From: Phaeosaccion multiseriatum
Taxonomy: Eukaryota > Protista > Ochrophyta, other classes
Assembly (NCBI GenBank): GCA_965112735.1
Contig: OZ218957.1
Coordinates: forward strand, 2,108,001 to 2,172,000
Reading direction: 5' to 3'
Length of the DNA: 64,000 bases
This document shows positions 1 to 12,900 of this stretch, piece by piece (the first letter of the stretch is position 1; each line of letters begins with the position of its first letter). The notes beneath the pieces are model-generated. The model made no database searches and was not told where the DNA came from. It saw only the letters and a list, made by a program, of their open reading frames with translations. The position numbers and the translations under genes were made by a program.

Positions 1-325
1 TGGGCATTAGCCATGACTTCCCTCCAGCGCGGGGGTGGGGCGCGGGGGCGGCGAAGAGCGAAGAACCAACACCTTCACTCACGGGCCGCGGCGGCCAGAA
101 GGATGATGCGTCTTCCTCCCTCCACAACGTGCCATCCCATTTCCCTCCACACCCTGCCACTGCTGCTGTTTCAGCAACTACTGCTGCTGATGTTTGCTGC
201 TGTAGCTGCTGCTACTCCTTCTACCACTACTTCTACTGCTCCTGCTCCTGCTCCTGCTGCAGCTGCTGCCAAGGCCGTTCTTGGCCCTGGCCCATGCACT
301 GACCATTAAAGCGCCACTCAAGCTT

Positions 326-368
326 TCACTCGGCGGTTGCTGCGAGCGGGGATAGCTGTCGATAGAGA

Positions 369-435
<67 letters not shown>

Positions 436-2987
436 TAAGCGACAAAAGGCAGGGAGGAGGAGGGGGCGTACAGAGTCAGAGTCAGTCGGGACAAAAGGGA
501 GAGACCAGACCGAACGAGCCCGCTCTCTTGCCCTGGGCGAAGTGATTCATCATCCCTCCTCCCTCTACTTGAAATTGGCCCCGATCCCCCCCCCCCTCTC
601 CCCCCCCACCACCACCTCTCCTCTCCCTCTATCATGTTGTTCGCTCCCCTCCCCCTCCCCACGCGCTTCCATACCCCTCACCCCTCAAGTCAACTCACCT
701 CCCCGTCCTCCTCTTCCTTGTTGTCCTGATTCGCCACCGAGGAGAGAATCGTCACCCACACCACCTCCATCATGTCAATGAACAGCAACTTCAAGTCCTT
801 GGGAATGACGTTGTTGAAGCTGACGCAATGAATCAACGGCCAGAAGCGCCATGACGAGGTTATAGCTGGCCAGGCAGTCTCTTGGATCAGCTCCCACACT
901 TCCTTTGGCTTGTAGCCTTGCAGTCCGTAGGTGAAGCTTGTGTAGGCGGCGTTGAGTACTATGCTGTACACCGTCTGATCGGCCACCACCTAAGGATATA
1001 CGCGGAGGAAGGATGGCAGCGGATGGGGCGTTGAGGAGGGAGAGGAGGAGGAGGAGGAGGAGGAGAAGGAGGAGGAGGAGGAGGAGGAGGAGGAGGAGGA
1101 GGAGGAGGAGGAGTGCGACTCTATTCCTTCTCAACCCTTCTTCCCTCTCCACATTTCTCTCTCGATGTCTCTATCTCACTCTGTTTCGGTCTCTACCTCT
1201 CTCTCTCTCTCTGCCTCAGCACCCGCCTCTCTCCCTGTCCGTCCATCTTGTCTGTCTGGCTTGTCTGGCTGACGAACTGCACACACTTTACTGACCTTGG
1301 GAATGAAGTTCCACCAAGCCCCTCCAAAGTTCAGATACGTCTGCATGAACTCGATCCAATAGTGGCACATGGGGCCGTGAACAATGAGGCCTGCCAGAGA
1401 GCTTCGCCCCGTGCGCCATAAGTCAATGGTCTTGAGGTCTTTCCCCTGTAACGTTTGGGCGCAAAAGTCGCCGAGTCCGTAAGCGAAGGCCGAGGTGAAT
1501 GCCTTTGTGACGATCGGGTTGGTACCTGGGCCAGTGGGGGGGGGGGGGAGAAGATAATGGAGGGTTTGGGTTGCGAGGTGTGTGGGGTCAGGTGTGGTGG
1601 GTTTGGGACGGCAGAATCTCTTCTCATATTTGGAATACCGTGATACACGTTATGCAGATATATATTTCTCTGTTTCAAGCAAGGCCTGGACGCTATAGAG
1701 CGAACAGCGCGCACGCGAGAGAGAGAGAGAGAGTGAGAGAGGAGGAAGGAGAGAGATGGAGTAAGAGACAGAGAGAGATGGAATAACAGAAAGAGAGAGG
1801 GAGGCGGGGAGAGAGATGGAGGAAGAGAGAGAGCGAGAGAGAGAGAGAGGTGGCGACAGGCTTCTTTGCCTTTTCATGCGCTCACAACAACGCCACGTAC
1901 CGACTGTTGTCTCATAGCGCAGGAAGTTGCTTGAGGGCATCCTTAGCACAATTTCCCACCAGGTCCATCCCCTGCTCAGCTCCAAATCCACTGTGCTGAT
2001 CTTGGTCACACAGAAGCCGACGAAGAGGAGGACGGCCTGCAGCAGCAGATGGTGGCACGGCGAAGGGGTTCGTCGTCATCGTCAATACGAGAGGGGGGAC
2101 GTGGGGGAGGGGAGGGAAGGAGGAGATGGACAGGGGGGGGAGGGGGGTGAGCCACCACAAAAGGTACACGGAGGGGCCTGACTTGGAAGAGCATAGTGTG
2201 CAAAGCAGAAGGCAATCCGGCAGAGTGACGCTACTCACCGCGCTATTTAGAATGAAGGTTCGCTGGCCTGGATCAATGTTCCACCACGCATCCTTCATCT
2301 CCGCAGGGATGGCTTTCGTCAACAGGTTGCCGTCAGTAGGGTCCTCCTCCGCCTCCTCTACCACCACACCCTCTCCCGTCGTGACTATCGAGCCGATGAC
2401 AGTCGTGGAGCGCGTCTCGTCTAGCATGGTGGCTTGCGGCATGCCCGTGTCTGCCTGCTATGAGAACAGAGAGGGGAGGGGAGGGGGGGGGCGGGGCAAA
2501 AGAGCGACCACCGAGGCGATTGAGAAGGAGCAGCAAGCAGAAGGAGCAAATTGAAGTAGTCGAGGAGAGCACCAGGGGAGGACAGGAAGGAGGTAGGAGG
2601 CGGCAGGGGCGAGCGAACAAAACAGGCGGCGAGAAAGGGGGTGGGGCACTGGGAAGAAAGAGAAGAGGAAAGGGAAAAGGGACCAGAGAGAATAAACACA
2701 ACCAAGCTTGCGAGCCGTGCACGCACCTGCGGCGTGGCGGCCAGGAACGACATGGCTCCCCGTGGTCTCCTGTGTGTTCCGTGTGCCCTGGGCAAGCTCC
2801 AGTTCGACGAATATACAGATAGAGGGGGTGAGGTGGAAGGGGAGCGGGGAAATACCGCCCGGCCTGTGCTCGGCAGTCCCGACCCAGGCAAGGTCACCAC
2901 GTAGCCCAGTGTTGCTGGACACTGGCTTATCAGCGCAACCGCCGCGGCTGCTGCTGCACACCCCAGCGAAGGGCATGTTGGTCGCAT
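326..2987 (-). CDS. Mpv17/PMP22 family membrane protein with probable bipartite plastid-targeting leader (6 exons)
   Basis: Spliced translation gives NPIVTKAFTSAFAYGLGDFCAQ...GLIVHGPMCHYW...KVVADQTVYSIVLNAAY...SSWRFWPLIHCVSFNNVIPKDLKLLFIDMMEVVWVTILS, typical Mpv17/PMP22 motifs. The N-terminus MRPTCPSLGCAAAAAAVALISQCPATLG-YVV is followed by a S/R/P-rich transit-like stretch. GT-AG introns. The short last exon (LSPLAATAE*) and the start are less certain. Confidence 0.85.
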
Positions 2988-3556
2988 CTGTGCTGTTCTC
3001 CTTTTTTTGTGTTTTCTTTTCTCTGGCGCTGGCAGTGGCAGAGGCTTTCCTTTTAGAATAGCGTGTCTACGAAAGCTTGTAGCATGCAGTACACACCCAA
3101 AGAGATCTCTGTCATCCTCGATGCTCTGATTTCTTTTATCTTCTGCTTTAATACTCGTTGATGTGAGCTTTGCGTCATCAAATTGTTCAAGTTTCAATTA
3201 AGAGAAGGGGGGCGATCTGAAACTCACATTCATTCCCGAAGACGGAAAGTGCTTGTGAAAGCCGCTCACCGCCCTTCTTCTCCCCTTCCTTCTTGGGCTG
3301 TTAGCCTCCCCTTTGCTTGTTGATATCCCGTTTCTGCTGACCCTGGCGCAGCAGACCTTGCGGCAGGGCAGAGGTCCTAAACCGATAAAAAGTACTCTAG
3401 GAAAGCGGGGAAGGGCCCCCGCAGCAGTCGCAGGAGCCAGCAGCAGAAAAGGGGGGAAGGGGGTGGGTGCTGATATCCTGTAACACTCCGCTGCGTTGAA
3501 TGACAAGAACCACACTCCTTGCTGTTGTGAGGTGCCTGTAAACAGTGCCATAGGAG

Positions 3557-5959
3557 ATGGGGTGCCAGCAGAGCCGCGGGCGTGATGCTGAGCAACGACG
3601 TTCTGATGAGGTGAGGGTTGGTGTGGTGCTTATGCTGTGCTTGGCTGGATGGCATCCCGCTTCCCTTCCATCGCTTTGCCCTGTTTGTGTCAATCCGCGA
3701 GAGGCAACGGTGTCTCTCCACACTCTCCCCCTCCTTGGTTTGAGTGTGCATGTGTTGAGGCGCCCCCCTCACCGAGGAAGCACCTCTCTGGACTTGTTGT
3801 CAAACCATTCTCAGGTGGAGCTGGAGTTGTCAGACCACTCCAAGGCGGAGAATGACCGGGTCAAGCTGCTGCTGCTCGGGGCCGGAGAGTCGGGCAAATC
3901 CACTCTATTTAGGCAATTCAAGGTGCGTCGTCAGTCACTGATTCACTGACTCCTTTCTTGCCCCCTCCATGAGTGCCTACCTTTCACAGCGGAATGAGGC
4001 ATCGCACCATCCCACTCTCTTCCCCCTTACTCTGCCTCTCGCCTCCTCTCTCCACCTCCATCTCCACGTCCGGCGACTATGCCTGCCCCCCCTGTGCTAC
4101 TGCTGTATCAATGGTACTGTTCCTACTGTTGCTGCTGCTGCTGTTGCTCGTGGTTGCTGCTGTAGATTCTGTATGGCCAAGTGTCGGAGGGGGAGAAGCG
4201 ACACATGACCTCCGAAATCTTTGGCAATGTGAACCAGGCCATTCAAAAGCTCGCCCACAAGGCCGTTGAGTTTGGCCTGCGAGGAGAGGTCCAGGCCCCT
4301 AAGGCCTTCGATATTGTCATAGCCTCCGACTACGATAGGAAGATGGACGCCGCCATGGGCGATGCCATCAAGGTGAGGGGTCAGGACAGTTGGTTAGGTT
4401 GGGGTGGGGGGGGGGGAGGGAGAGGGGAGCACGGAGGGAGGGATGGAGGGAGGGAGGGAGAGAGCAGAGAGGGAGGGACATCCCAGGGAAGTATTAGGGA
4501 AGTAGAACGAAAGGGGAGGGGAAGAGGAACTGAAGTATGGTGGGGCTGGGCTTAAGGCGTTGAAGCAACTTCGGGCACGTGTAAAGGGCCGATTGTTTAT
4601 TACTACGTAGTGTTTTTTATTGACTTAGAGGAATCGACCTAAGCATTACGTGGTTGGGGGCCGTGTCAGGACCAAAGCCGGCTGAACACCTTCCGTGGGA
4701 ACCCACACTCTCTCCCTTCTCTTTCTCTCCCTCGCGTTCTTCCTCTCCCTCTCATTCTGTCTCTCCCACCCCCTCTCACTTTGTCTCCATCACCCTCTCT
4801 CCCCCTCTCCCCTTTCTCTCGATACCCCTGGCTCTCTCTCTCTCCATCCCCTTTCTAGGAGCTGTGGGCAGACCCCGCCATACAGAAGGTTTGGGCGAGG
4901 CGGACGGAGTTCCATATTATAGAGTCCAATAGAGTGTTCCTCGACGATATAGAACGGTGCGTGGCTGACTCTGTGTGAAAGGAAGGCGTATGGTGTCGGT
5001 ACATACCAAGGCATGGCGTCGGTGCATGTGGTCAGTGAGTAGCTTAAAGAGGATGAGGAGGAGGAGGAGGGGGGGGGGGAGAAGGAGGAAGAGGAGGAGG
5101 GAGGAGGATGAGGAGGAGGAGGAGGAGGAGAAGGAGGAGGAGGAGGAGGAGAAGGAGGAGGAGGACGAGGAGGAGGAGGAGGAGGAGGAGGAGGAGGACG
5201 AGGAGGAGGAGCAGGAGGAGGAGGAGGAGGAGGAGGAGGGGGAGGGGGAGGATACCAGGCGGGGCAGCGACGGGGGCAAGGGCGGACTGGCGACGATAGG
5301 ACGGAGGGACGTCACAAGAGCCACAGCAGCGGGAAAGGTGGATAGTGGGGAGGGGGTGGCGTGCTTTCGTCCCTCTACGCCCCTGTGTCCCTCGGCTTTC
5401 TCTTCGGCACTGCCTCACTCTTGTCATAAGCTTCTCTCTCTCTCTCCTTTCTCGCACGCGGGCCCTCACTCACTTACTCACTCACTCAATCACTCAATCT
5501 TTCTGTGTGTTTTCTATCCCACTTCTCTCCATCCCATTTCCTCTTCCTTCTCCGTCTCGAACTGAACAAACGACAAACACCACAAACAGCATCTCCCGAC
5601 CAGGGTACCTTGCCAGCGAGAGAGATGTTCTCTTTGCACGCGTACGTACGGCAGGAGTGGTGACAGAGCGATTCGATATCGATGGTTCCATCTTTGAAAT
5701 CTACGACGTGGGCGGGCAGAGGAATGAGCGGAGGAAATGGATCCACTGCTTCGATTCAGTCACGGCGGTGATTTTTGTCGTGGCGCTGTCGGAATTTGAT
5801 CAGTACTTGTTTGAGGACCGAGAAACAAATCGAATGGAGGAGGCGCTGGAGCTGTTCAGGACCATTTGCAACAACAGGCTCTTTATTAACGCGTCCATGA
5901 TCATCTTCCTCAACAAAAAGGATCTCTTTCAAGCGAAGGTTGAAAGGGTGAGTTCTTTG

Positions 5960-6001
<42 letters not shown>

Positions 6002-6959
6002 AAAGGGTTGTCATCTTGGAAGGATGTGCGTCTCTGGGGTAGTAGGTAGGCGGGTAAATGTATGTCTGTCAAACTACAGACCTGGACAGCTCTTCTGGAC
6101 ATCTGCCACTGACCCCCCTTTCCTTCCCCTCCCCTCCCCTCCCCTCCCCTCCCCTCGCTCAGGTGAATATCGCAGAAGTTAGCCCGTTCGAGGACTACGC
6201 AGGAGAGCCCCACTCGTACGAAGACGGCATCAGATACTTCGAGAGCAAGTTCCTCAGCCTCAGCCTCGACAAGGTGCATTGCATGGGACAGGGGCAGGGG
6301 CATGGTGGCAAGATCAGGGGCAAGTGTTCGAATTACGGGGATATGCGTTTCCCGTCATGTGCGGCCCAAGCTGGAACTTGCTTGACCTCGCGTCCCTCTC
6401 TCCCTCCCTCCCTCCCTCCCTCCCTCCCTCCCTCCCTCCCTCCCTCCCTCCACCCCTCCCTCCACCCCCCCCCCCCCCCGCCCTCTCTCTCCCTCTCTCT
6501 CCCTCTCTGTCTCTGTCTGTCTGTTTCCCTCATCCTGCCAATTGCAACAGCAAAAACCTATCTACGTGCACACAACGTGCGCAACGGACAGCCAAAACGT
6601 CGACAAGGTACTGAACCACTCAATATTTGTGTTTTGCAAGTCGGAGAGGCAACCAGGAGGGAGGCGCTAGGCCCAAGGACACACCCAACTACACCCACTG
6701 AAGGACACCAACAACACCCACAGATTGATTGCTTCTGCTTGACTCTCCGCTCGACATCTTAGACTCACCCTCCGACAGGATCATACCACCAGAATCTGAC
6801 TCGCGCTCTTCTCTGTTGTGTGGCATCTCTCTCTCCTTACTCTCTCTCTCTGTGTGTGTGTGCATCTTCTGGCCTGCTTTCCTATGCACCCACACTCCGG
6901 TACTATATATGTATGTACGTATGTATGTATGTATGTATGTATGTATGTATGTATGTATG

Positions 6960-6990
<31 letters not shown>

Positions 6991-7087
6991 TATCTGTCGC
7001 CTTTTGTTCGTACCGCTCTGACAGATCTTTAGCTCGTGCACGGACACCATCATCAGACAAACGTTGGCGAAGGCTGGCTTTGTATGA
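3557..7087 (+). CDS. Heterotrimeric G protein alpha subunit (8 exons)
   Basis: N-terminus MGCQQS (myristoyl/palmitoyl type). G boxes LLLLGAGESGKST, RVRTAG, DVGGQRNERRKW, FLNKKD and HTTCATD are all intact. Last exon IFSSCTDTIIRQTLAKAGFV*. All introns GT-AG. Confidence 0.96.
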
Positions 7088-7227
7088 AGGAAGGGAAGGA
7101 AGGAATGGAACATCAGAAGAGTGAAACGCATGAAATGCATGCTGAATATCTGGAGTGAGAGACACGCATGGGGCGCGATGGGGGGCACTTGAGAGCACTC
7201 AACGGATGACAGGGATGAATATGTATA

Positions 7228-7315
7228 ATATATATAGATTCGTATTTATCCCTTGCTGATGCTATATGATATGGACTGCTCAATCAGCAAGGGATAAATA
7301 CGAATCTATATATAT
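7228..7315. repeat. Perfect 33-bp inverted repeat with 22-nt spacer (hairpin; pre-miRNA-like or tiny MITE)
   Basis: 7228-7260 ATATATATAGATTCGTATTTATCCCTTGCTGAT is the exact reverse complement of 7283-7315. The outer ends run into TA dinucleotides. Lies 140 bp downstream of the G-alpha stop. Confidence 0.93.
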
Positions 7316-8276
7316 ATATATGTTGAGAGAGAGAGGGAGGTGTGTGAGTTGACATAGATGGAAAGAGGGTTCCACTCACACACAGGATAGAGAGGTTTAG
7401 AGAGAAGGAGAGGGAGAGGGAGAGGAAGCGACACTGCTGGCGGAATGAGGGCGAATCGCGCTTGGGAAGCAGGCGTGAGGGCGTGAGGCGAATGTTATTG
7501 GTTGAAGTGTCCCTGTCCTCATCGGTAATGGCAGAAGACGGGCGCTGCTTGAGCCAGTGAGCATGGGAGCCAGCAGTCAGGAGGAGCGAGGAGCTAGCAG
7601 CCACCCGAGGAGCAGCCAGGAGGAGCAGTCAGAGCGCTGTCGAGCCCTGTCGCAAAACCCGAGATGACTGTACAGACTAGTTTTTGTTGGTGTATGCATA
7701 AGCACCAGCACGCTGCTGCAGTACACGGGTATATGGGCATGGGAGCATTGGCAAGTATATGGGCATGACAGCGTTGGCAAGTTTTCAATGCTACGTGACA
7801 GCGCGCGGGAGGGGGGCGGGGATGGAGAGCAAGACAGCGAGGAGGCACTCGCCCACTACTCACTGCTCCTCGACCCCACCTCTGCCACTGTGTCGACTAC
7901 AGTATAAAGTATTGACGCAGGGAAGAGAAAGACGGCTCCACCGCTTCTGTTGGGAGGAATGATGATGCGGCACGGGGGGGTGGGCGTGCCCGGCGAGAGA
8001 TCATACGGAGAGCCCCTATATTTGAATGCAGGCATTGAGAGTTTTGCGCTATCCAGCTGAGGGGATCGGTATCAGAGGGGCGAGGGTGCGCCAGTCCAGA
8101 AGGAAGGAAGCAGCGGAGGGTTACAGAATTTGGTGCTGCTCTTCTGGTGTGGCTCCATCCTGTCCATCTACTTGTCACTCTTTTGTTACGTACGACCAAT
8201 GCTGTTTATTATGTAAGGTCCTTGTTTTAACATGTGTATCTGGTCTATTTAGTATGGAGGTGGGGGCGGCCTAGCC

Positions 8277-9046
8277 CTAACTGTAGAGGGGCTTTTGCTT
8301 GTACTGTATAAAGTGCCCAAAGTCCGTGCTTGGCCACGGTCGGGCCGCCCCGTCCTTCGCCTGCTGCCCTCCTTCAGGTGTGCAGAGGCCTGTGCGTGAG
8401 GGAGGGATGGAGTGAGTGAGTGCGTGAGTCGGTGAGTGAGCGATTGAGTGAGTGAGTGAGTGCGTGAGGGAGTGAGTGAGTGAGTGAGTGAGTGCGTGAG
8501 TGGGTGAGTGAGTGAGTGAGGGAGTGAAGGATTGAGTGAATGAATTCAATAATGATGTGAGTACCTCTGTTACCCTCCCAGCCGAGCTCCCCCCCCAGCC
8601 ACTTGCGCTCCCGCGGGACGGCAGGAGCGGGCTCGCCAGCCTGCTGCGGCCTGTCCATGTGTCCTTGCATGATGTGTAGCAGCTGTGTGTGAGTGGCGTT
8701 CTGCGGAAAGAGAGGCCCCCCTTTGACCTTCCTTGTATCCGGTGTTTTGCCCCTGCTGCTGCCGCCACTGCTGCTCCTACTGCTGCTGCTTGGGCACCCA
8801 CTGTTGCCTCCCGTTATGATGCTTTCCACCTCTGCCCGCCTTCCCTTATCTCTGTGAAAAGCATCAGGGGACCAGCACCGGATGGTTGGACCAGGAGCAG
8901 TAGAGAGACAGGTAGACAGACAGACAGGCAGATAGGTAGACAGACAGACAGACAGACAGACTGACAGACAGACAGACTGACAGACAGACAGACAGTCAGA
9001 CAGACAGACTGACTGACTGACTGACTCACTGACTCACTGACTGACT

Positions 9047-9077
<31 letters not shown>

Positions 9078-9855
9078 AGACCGGAGAGAGGGGCAGTCTG
9101 TGACGAAAAGAGGTAGAGAGACACGAGGAAGGGAGGGAAGTTCCGAACATGCGAAGAAACTGATGATTCGTGGGACGCCCACAGAAGGAATGGAAGGCTC
9201 GTACCTGTTGTACGCCATCTTCCCTCTATTGAAGCCGGCCTCCTTGGCCCAAGGGCTTGGGCTACCCCCGGCTGCGCCACTCTCTCCCTCCACATTGCTC
9301 GCTCCACTAGCCGGGAGGGGCTCTTGACTTTCTGGTGGGAATCTCTTGAGAGCTTCTGGGGTCTTTCGCCTGCAGAGCTTCCCCTCCTTGTCAAGCCTGC
9401 TACATGTGTGAGGGTAGTTCACCTGGTGGACGGATATGTTCGAGCAAATAAGCGTACAGTGACATTCTCTTCGTCTCCTGGTGCCATGACGTACTACTTT
9501 CTCACTCGCTCGCATACATGCCTGAAGATGTGGGATTTTGGGTGCCCAATGGTTCGTCTTGACCCTGGACAGCTGGAAGGACGCGTCCGCGCTGTACACG
9601 TCGAGGTCTCCCTGGGCCCGCGTGGAGCCGATGACGCCGATGCTGCTCGGGCTGAAGGCGGAGGTCGTGATTCCGTAGCCGTTCTTCCAGCGCAAGCCGG
9701 GGAGCTCCGCATCCGATGCGATCATCTCAGGCATGTGTATTGTGTTGTTTCTTGGTTGCCGCGCTCCTCTGGCAGAGCGGCCCAAACAAAACTTGTCCGA
9801 CGGCATTTTTCGAAACTGCCATTTCTCGAGCCTCATCGTTCACATAAAACTCCAT
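8277..9855 (-). CDS. Hypothetical spliced protein, no recognised domain
   Basis: Protein-like blocks MEFYVNDEAREMAVSKNAVGQ, ELPGLRWKNGYGITTSAF, RLDKEGKLCRRKTPEALKRFPPE, PWAKEAGFNRGKMAYNR and PWPSTDFGHFIQYKQKPLYS*. The later blocks are separated by microsatellite-filled GT..AG segments. The first two junctions are ambiguous. Confidence 0.5.
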
Positions 9856-9999
9856 GGCTCGGTGTTGAGATAGGCGAGGCAGGAATAGCCTTCCCAATCG
9901 CCGCGCAGCATCGACGATACAGAGAAGGGGGGGGGTAGGCTGGGAGCGGCTTGAAGGCCGAACGGAGCGAGAACCGCCTTGAAGCCAGAGTCCCAAGCA

Positions 10000-12900
10000 A
10001 TGGCATCTCCTTCGCCTTCTCCCACCCACAGCGTGCACAAGGCAGCGTCGGCCTTTGCTGCCCCATCCTCTGAAGTCATCCGACCCGGTCCAAACTTTCG
10101 TCCAGGAACTGCTCGTACTACGGCTGGAGGAGCAGCAGGGGGAGACACGCATGGGCGCAACAGCAAGGCCCAAGAAGGGCATACGAAGGTCCTCTACACG
10201 GCGAGACAGGTTCGTAGAGGGTTCCTTTTGGAAACGGCGGGCGCGTTGCTTTAATAACCTGTTACGGCCTGCTCTTCACTCGTCCACTGAATACAAAGAG
10301 GCAGCAGACTCAACAGGGAAGTTCAGTGCCGCCCACCCATACGCGCCCATGCTCTCCTTCTCACTTCCTCCCACTCATGCTCCCCTCCTCGCCCCCTTGC
10401 ACCCTTGTATGTTGCCTCCTGCCCTGCCCTGCCCTGCTCCCCATGTAAATGAATGCGTCGGCTGCAGCACGTCGTCGCCGCCCCCTCTATTTCGAACCTC
10501 ACTCCGCGGAAGGTGACCTTGAGTTGGAGGGTGCCAAACACGCTGTGGGTTCAGAACCTTCCTCAACCCTCCACTTCCTCTGCTTCTGCATCAGCTTCTT
10601 CTCCATCCCGTCAGCGGCGACCGCTGCAAAAGTCGTCCATCGACGAGCGGAACGATAGCGAGGAGGGTAATGAAGGACAAGGACAAGGGGAAGCGCGAGA
10701 AGGAGAAAAACCACTGGGGGGGGGTAACGAAGGCCCGACTGCGGTCAACGCGAAGGGAGTAGAGGCCACCGAGGACACAGGCCGGATTCGCATCCGAATT
10801 CGAGCAGACGATAAAGCATCGCAGGCAGAAAAGGAAGCGGAGAAGGAAGAGGAGAGGCGTCGACAGGCGCGGGCTTGCTTTGAGCCCAGCGAGACGGACG
10901 CAACAGATGGGGCGGTGGGATCCGACGACGACGTGTGGAACAGCCCTGGAGAGGACAGAGATGAGATGGACCAGTGGTTGGAGGACGGAGACGAAGATGA
11001 TGACGATGACGAGGATGATGACGACGGTGCGGATGGAGTGGATGGTGGGAGTGGGAGACTCGCGGTCAAGTCAGCGGTAGATGCGTCGGTGGGAGGTGGA
11101 GTTGGAGGAGGTGGACCCATTGGAGACGAAGGCGGATGGAGAAGCGGCGAGAGGCGAGCAAGAGGAGGAGCAGGGGCGCTGGAGGAGGAGCAAGAGCAAG
11201 ATGAAGAGGATGGGGAGTGGGACCTTGACGTTGACGCGAGTTTCGCGCCAAGGAACACTAGCAAGGGCAGTGGTGCGCTACTGCCCAGGACCCCGTCAAA
11301 CGTCCGCAGAGACTGGCGCACGGGCCACGAGTCGTTTGACATTGACGAGGTACGGCTGCAGAGCTGTGCGTGCTCCTGTCAAATGTGCGTCAGGGGAGAA
11401 GATCACCACGGCAGGGCCCAGCAGCAGCAGCAGCAGCAGTTGGTGGTACAACAGGCGGAAGATGGTGGCGACGGCGACAAAAGTGGCAGCCACGGTGGTG
11501 GTGGTGGTGGTGGTGGTGGTGGTGGTGGTGGTAGTAGTGGTGTCAGTATCACTGGGTGCCCTTGTCACAGCAGCTCTCTGGAGCTGGGCATTCCCATGAG
11601 CAGCTGCTGGCAGACGGTGCAACCCTCCTCTCAGAGTCAGGGCAACAAGAAGGGGTGCAATCAAGTGGCGCTTACAGAGCCCAACGCCGTCACCTATTAC
11701 CGCCTGGTCATGCGGGCGACGGAGCGGGGGGGGTCTGCAGCAGTTGGTGATACAGCAGCATTTGCCTCGAGCCCAGGCCGGGAGCGGGACCCCCACACAA
11801 GGAGGCCGCGGACAATGCAGTCTCCACCGGGGCGGCAGCGCGGCGGCAAGAAAGGCATAGAGAGTGCAGAGGGTGCTGCGCCTTCAACTGCTGGTGGTGG
11901 TCGTGGTGGAGGAGGAGCAGGAGGAGAGAACAGCACGTCTGCCCGGTCGGGGTCGGCTCCAGTAGTGCGCAAGAGACCAGACACAACAGCAGCAAGAGCA
12001 GCCGCAGGAGCAGGAGCAGAAGTGGTGCGGTCGGTGCTTTGGCTCTCCTCTCCTCCGGCCTTTGTGGTGAGCAAGCCTCTCGCTCCCCGGATCCTCGGTC
12101 TAGGGAAGGCAGTTATGCTTGCATGGGACCCGCCCGCCCACCTTAACTGCTCAGAGGCGCTGCAGTTCATCTTGGAGCAGGAGCAAGTTGGCGGGACAGG
12201 GGGGCGCGGAGGAAGAGGAGGAGGAGGAGGAGGAGGAGGAGGAGGCGGAGGAGGCGGAGGAGGAGGAGGAGGAGGAGGAGGAGGAGGAGGAGGCGGAGGA
12301 GGAGGAGGAGGAGGAGGAGGAGGAGGAGGAGGAGGAGGAGGAGAAGGAGGAGGAGGGGGAGGAGGAGGAGGAGGAGAAGGAGGAGGAGGAAATCGATTCA
12401 GTGCCACGCTGGAGCTTACCAACACATTAAGCACAGATGCAAATGGAACCATCAGCGGTGGTGGTGATGGAGGAGGAGGAGGAGGAGGAGGAGGAGGAGG
12501 AGAAGGAGGAGGAGGAGGAGGAGGAGGAGGAGGAGGAGGAGGAGGAGGAGGAGGAGAAGCAGCAGCAGGAGGAGGAGGAGGAGGAGGTGGTGGTGGTGGT
12601 GGTGGTGGAGGAGGAGGGGGAGGAGGGTTCGCAGCTCGGTTGGCGGTGCACGTCGGGCATCGCTGCTGGTACATGGCCTCGGGACTTGTGGCCGATGCGG
12701 TCTATCGCTGGAGACTAATTGTGGTACATGAAGGAGGTCGGAGTGTGGAGGGAGACTGGGCCTCGCATGACACGCACATACCGCAGCCCGAGTGCAAAGA
12801 GGCGGGTGGGGAGAGAGGCCTTCTGCTGAGGCTGTACACACCTGAGCAGGCCAAGGAGGAGGAAGCAGAGGACGGGGCGGAGAAGGGCGAAGGGGAACAA

